A stretch of 64,000 nt of DNA from Mytilus trossulus (taxonomy: Eukaryota): contig NC_086374.1 in NCBI RefSeq assembly GCF_036588685.1, positions 46,190,001 to 46,254,000 of the forward strand, in the 5' to 3' direction. Below the pieces are notes generated by a model. The model had not been told where the DNA came from. It worked only from the letters and a program-made list of their open reading frames with translations, and did no database searches. This document shows positions 61,343 through 64,000 of the stretch, piece after piece. Numbering within the stretch: position 1 is the first letter of the stretch; each line of letters opens with the position of its first letter. Made by a program: the position numbers and the translations under genes.

Positions 61343-63468
61343 CTTAGAAGACTCATGGTCATTTATTATTCCTTCGACTTTCTCGGTGAATTAGTGTGTC
61401 GAGTATACCCCGTTTGCCTTTGCAGGTTTAGTGTTATTTCGAAGATCCATACCACAGTATTGTCAAATCTTGTATGATTGTAATAATCTTCTGCTCCAAG
61501 TAAATAGCCTTTGAAATATAAATAATCAAGATATCAATCAGATTATCAGGAAGTTTATCAGACCAAGTGAATAACAAGACAGGTCCACTAGTGGAGTGAA
61601 ATCTGGTAGGACGTCATGAGCACCTATGTTCAACCCTCTGTGTATGGCATGGTGTGTTCCTCAATCATCTTTTGATGTAACTTATTTGTTTTCTTATTGT
61701 TTTTTCTTTTTTATTTGACTATGGAGTTGACTTATTTTGTTTGGCCTATGATAATGATTTCCTTGCGTTTCATCTCTCTGTTTTAGAAAATAAATAAAAC
61801 TAGTACGTCAAGGAGTTCTCATCTCTTAACATATTAAGAAGTCAAACTACCACTTGGGCATCACCAGCCCGGTAGCCAGAACTTTGGTACTGGTATGAAA
61901 ATACGGATGGTTTTGTGTCATTAAAATGTGCTGTTACAAAATGTTAGAAATTATTATAAATTAAGGAATGTATCTCCCTCATGCAAAGCACTGATTCCTT
62001 TCACGGATTTGACTATACTTTTTGGAACTTTTGGATTAAAGCTCTTCGTCTTTTGTATAAGCTTTGGATTTTTAATATTTTGGACACGAGCATCACTCAA
62101 GAGACATGCATTGTCGAAATGTGCATCTGGTGCAGGAATATTGGTACCGTTAATGTTATTATAACATATATAATCAAATTCTCTTTTAATTTTTCAATAT
62201 GTTTTTATTATTAATATTAACTAGACTGCTTACTTTTTTTTAACTAATGATCAATTGCACTTCTGTGAAGAACAATTCAAGTCAGGAAAATGGCCATTGT
62301 TATATTATAGTACGTATCTGTGTGTATAATATTTTAATGTTATTTCTAATATGCCGTTGTTCTCCTCTTACAATTGATGCGTTTCCCTTAGTTTTAGTTT
62401 GTAACCCGGGTTTGTTTTGTTCTTAATCGATTTATGAGTTTCAAACAGCGGTATAATATTGTTGCCTTTATTTAGCAAGCATTAAAAAGTTCCATTTGTC
62501 AATGTTTTCGATCATTCATCAACTAGATTACCAATCTATATTTTGATTATAGGAGTGTTAAACGCCCTTACAGAAAAGAAAAGAAAGACGATAAGAAATA
62601 CATGTTAATTGCATAACATGAAATGAATATGATATAAAGTTTACTAGTAAATTGAATGAGATGAGACTTCAAAAGGAACGATGAGTGACCTCCAAAACGA
62701 TATACATTTTTTAAAGATTTTGGCACCGTCGAAATGTATATAACCTTAATATGAACTCGACTGAGTCATTTAGGATCAAGAATGACAAAATAATTTTACA
62801 GATGTTTTCCTGCATAGAAGGTCTCTCCTTAAGTTAACCATTCGCTAAAGACCGTTACCAAGGATTTATTGCGTATTTGATAAATCTTATAACCTTGCAT
62901 GGTAATTTGTATTCGTCGGCTTGAATACTTTTGTCAAATTCCTAACCCCAAGGGTTCCCTCAAGGGTGTTGAAGATTGATACAGTCTTAAGCCGTCGGAT
63001 GGAATTGAAAAGTCGAGTAATCCTATTTGGATTCTGATAAATAAAAACACATTATTCATTTATTGTCGTTGTAATCAATTTTCGTGGAATGCTGAAAAGT
63101 TTCCTATTCGTGGATATTTGATTTCGTGGTATTGCATATCGCTGTATACAAAGACTTTTGAAAATATGTAATTCGTTGAACATTTGAATGCGTGCTTCAC
63201 CTGTATCCACGAAATCCACGAAAATTGGTATACAACGAATAATAATGAATCTACAGTAATACTTATGATATAATGCACCCACCAAAGAATGTGTCAAAGC
63301 CTCTGTTTGTTGGCAAATATTCTTCTTTGCGAAATCCAAGATGCCATTTGTCAACTGCATGAGTGGCATTACCTGCCGACTTCATCTTATCAGCTATAGT
63401 TTGAATTTCAAGTGGTAGGCCATTGCTTGTCTAGGATGGATAACACCATGTTGCAGTCCTGTATGAAT
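61343..63468 (-). pseudogene. Arylsulfatase B-like paralog pseudogene (exon 2 and exon 3 equivalents; exon 1 presumably right of the window)
   Basis: Exon 63283-63468 is 186 nt versus 187 in the intact gene. It reads [62 protein letters not shown], with a 1-nt frameshift and GKW changed to DKW. Exon 61343-61508 reads GYLLGAEDYYNHTRFD/YCGMDLRNNTKPAKANGVYSTH*FTEKVEGIINDHESSK, with a frameshift and a stop. I found no exons 4-8 before 60195. Confidence 0.85.
63048..63258. mobile_element. Small TA-type MITE (Tc1/mariner-like ends)
   Basis: The right end AATGAATCTACAGTA has inverted counterparts ATTCATTTATT...AATTTTCGTGG and CCACGAAAATT...AATAATGAAT. A diverged relative lies at about 9250-9462. 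Confidence 0.55.
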
Positions 63469-64000
63469 CTAAAACATGAAGCTGTTATAATATATGTTGT
63501 TGCATTAACTGTAAAGCTCCTAGATTAACTGTTTGGTAATTTGCCAGCGACAAGACACTTTGGCAAAACCTTAAACAGTGTTTCCGTCAGTTTTAGTTTG
63601 TAACCGGCCGGATTTGTTTTCTCTCAAGCGATTTTATGGCATTTGAACAGTGGTATACTTCTGTTGCCTTTATCAACGCATGGAGTAAGCGTGTTCAGTT
63701 ATTAAAAGGAAAATAATGTAAACATTGAAAGTAAAACACGTGCACATAAGGACGACAATAGTATACTGCTGTTAAGAAGACATAGATCGATTAAGCGAAA
63801 ATAAATCCGGGACAAAAACCAAAACTGAGGGAAACACATCAACTATAAGAAAAAAAACAAAGAAACACTGAACTGCTACACAAACAAACACGAACATACG
63901 TAGAAACGAACAATTTTAAAAAGAAACTGTCACATTCCTGACTTGGTAGAGGACATTTTAACAATGGTTGAGTCTTATATAGACGGAACGCGCGTCTGGC

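Noticed and set aside
63052-63369. 105-aa ORF as a gene
   Set aside because: It is a composite of an off-frame reading of the sulfatase pseudo-exon and a MITE.

Overview
AT-rich, intron-rich animal genomic DNA. Gene content and repeat landscape suggest a bivalve mollusc, most plausibly a mussel (Mytilus-like); this is an inference. There are no prokaryotic features. Most entries in the ORF track are spurious, so I rebuilt the genes by hand from GT-AG splice sites and reading-frame phase. Genes found: (1) exon 1 of mitochondrial endonuclease G (minus strand, continuing off the left edge); (2) a tandem array of three 5-coding-exon genes for small secreted, His-rich, 4-loop EF-hand proteins (about 140 aa; plus strand, at 6.4-9.6, 25.3-34.0 and 42.7-46.3 kb); (3) a complete 8-exon arylsulfatase B/I/J-like gene (minus strand, 539 aa) with an unusual C-terminal transmembrane tail; (4) a frameshifted arylsulfatase paralog remnant upstream of it. 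The rest holds a PIF1-helicase relic, a CR1/L2-like LINE relic, a DIRS/Ngaro-gag-like relic, a canonical non-autonomous Helitron, several TTAA-flanked (Kolobok-type) MITEs, a foldback element, palindrome-bearing elements, a 52-bp minisatellite with higher-order structure, a 2.7-kb AAC-rich degenerate repeat and a near-identical 476-bp duplication. The strongest candidates for something new are the secreted His-rich EF-hand cluster and the membrane-anchored sulfatase.
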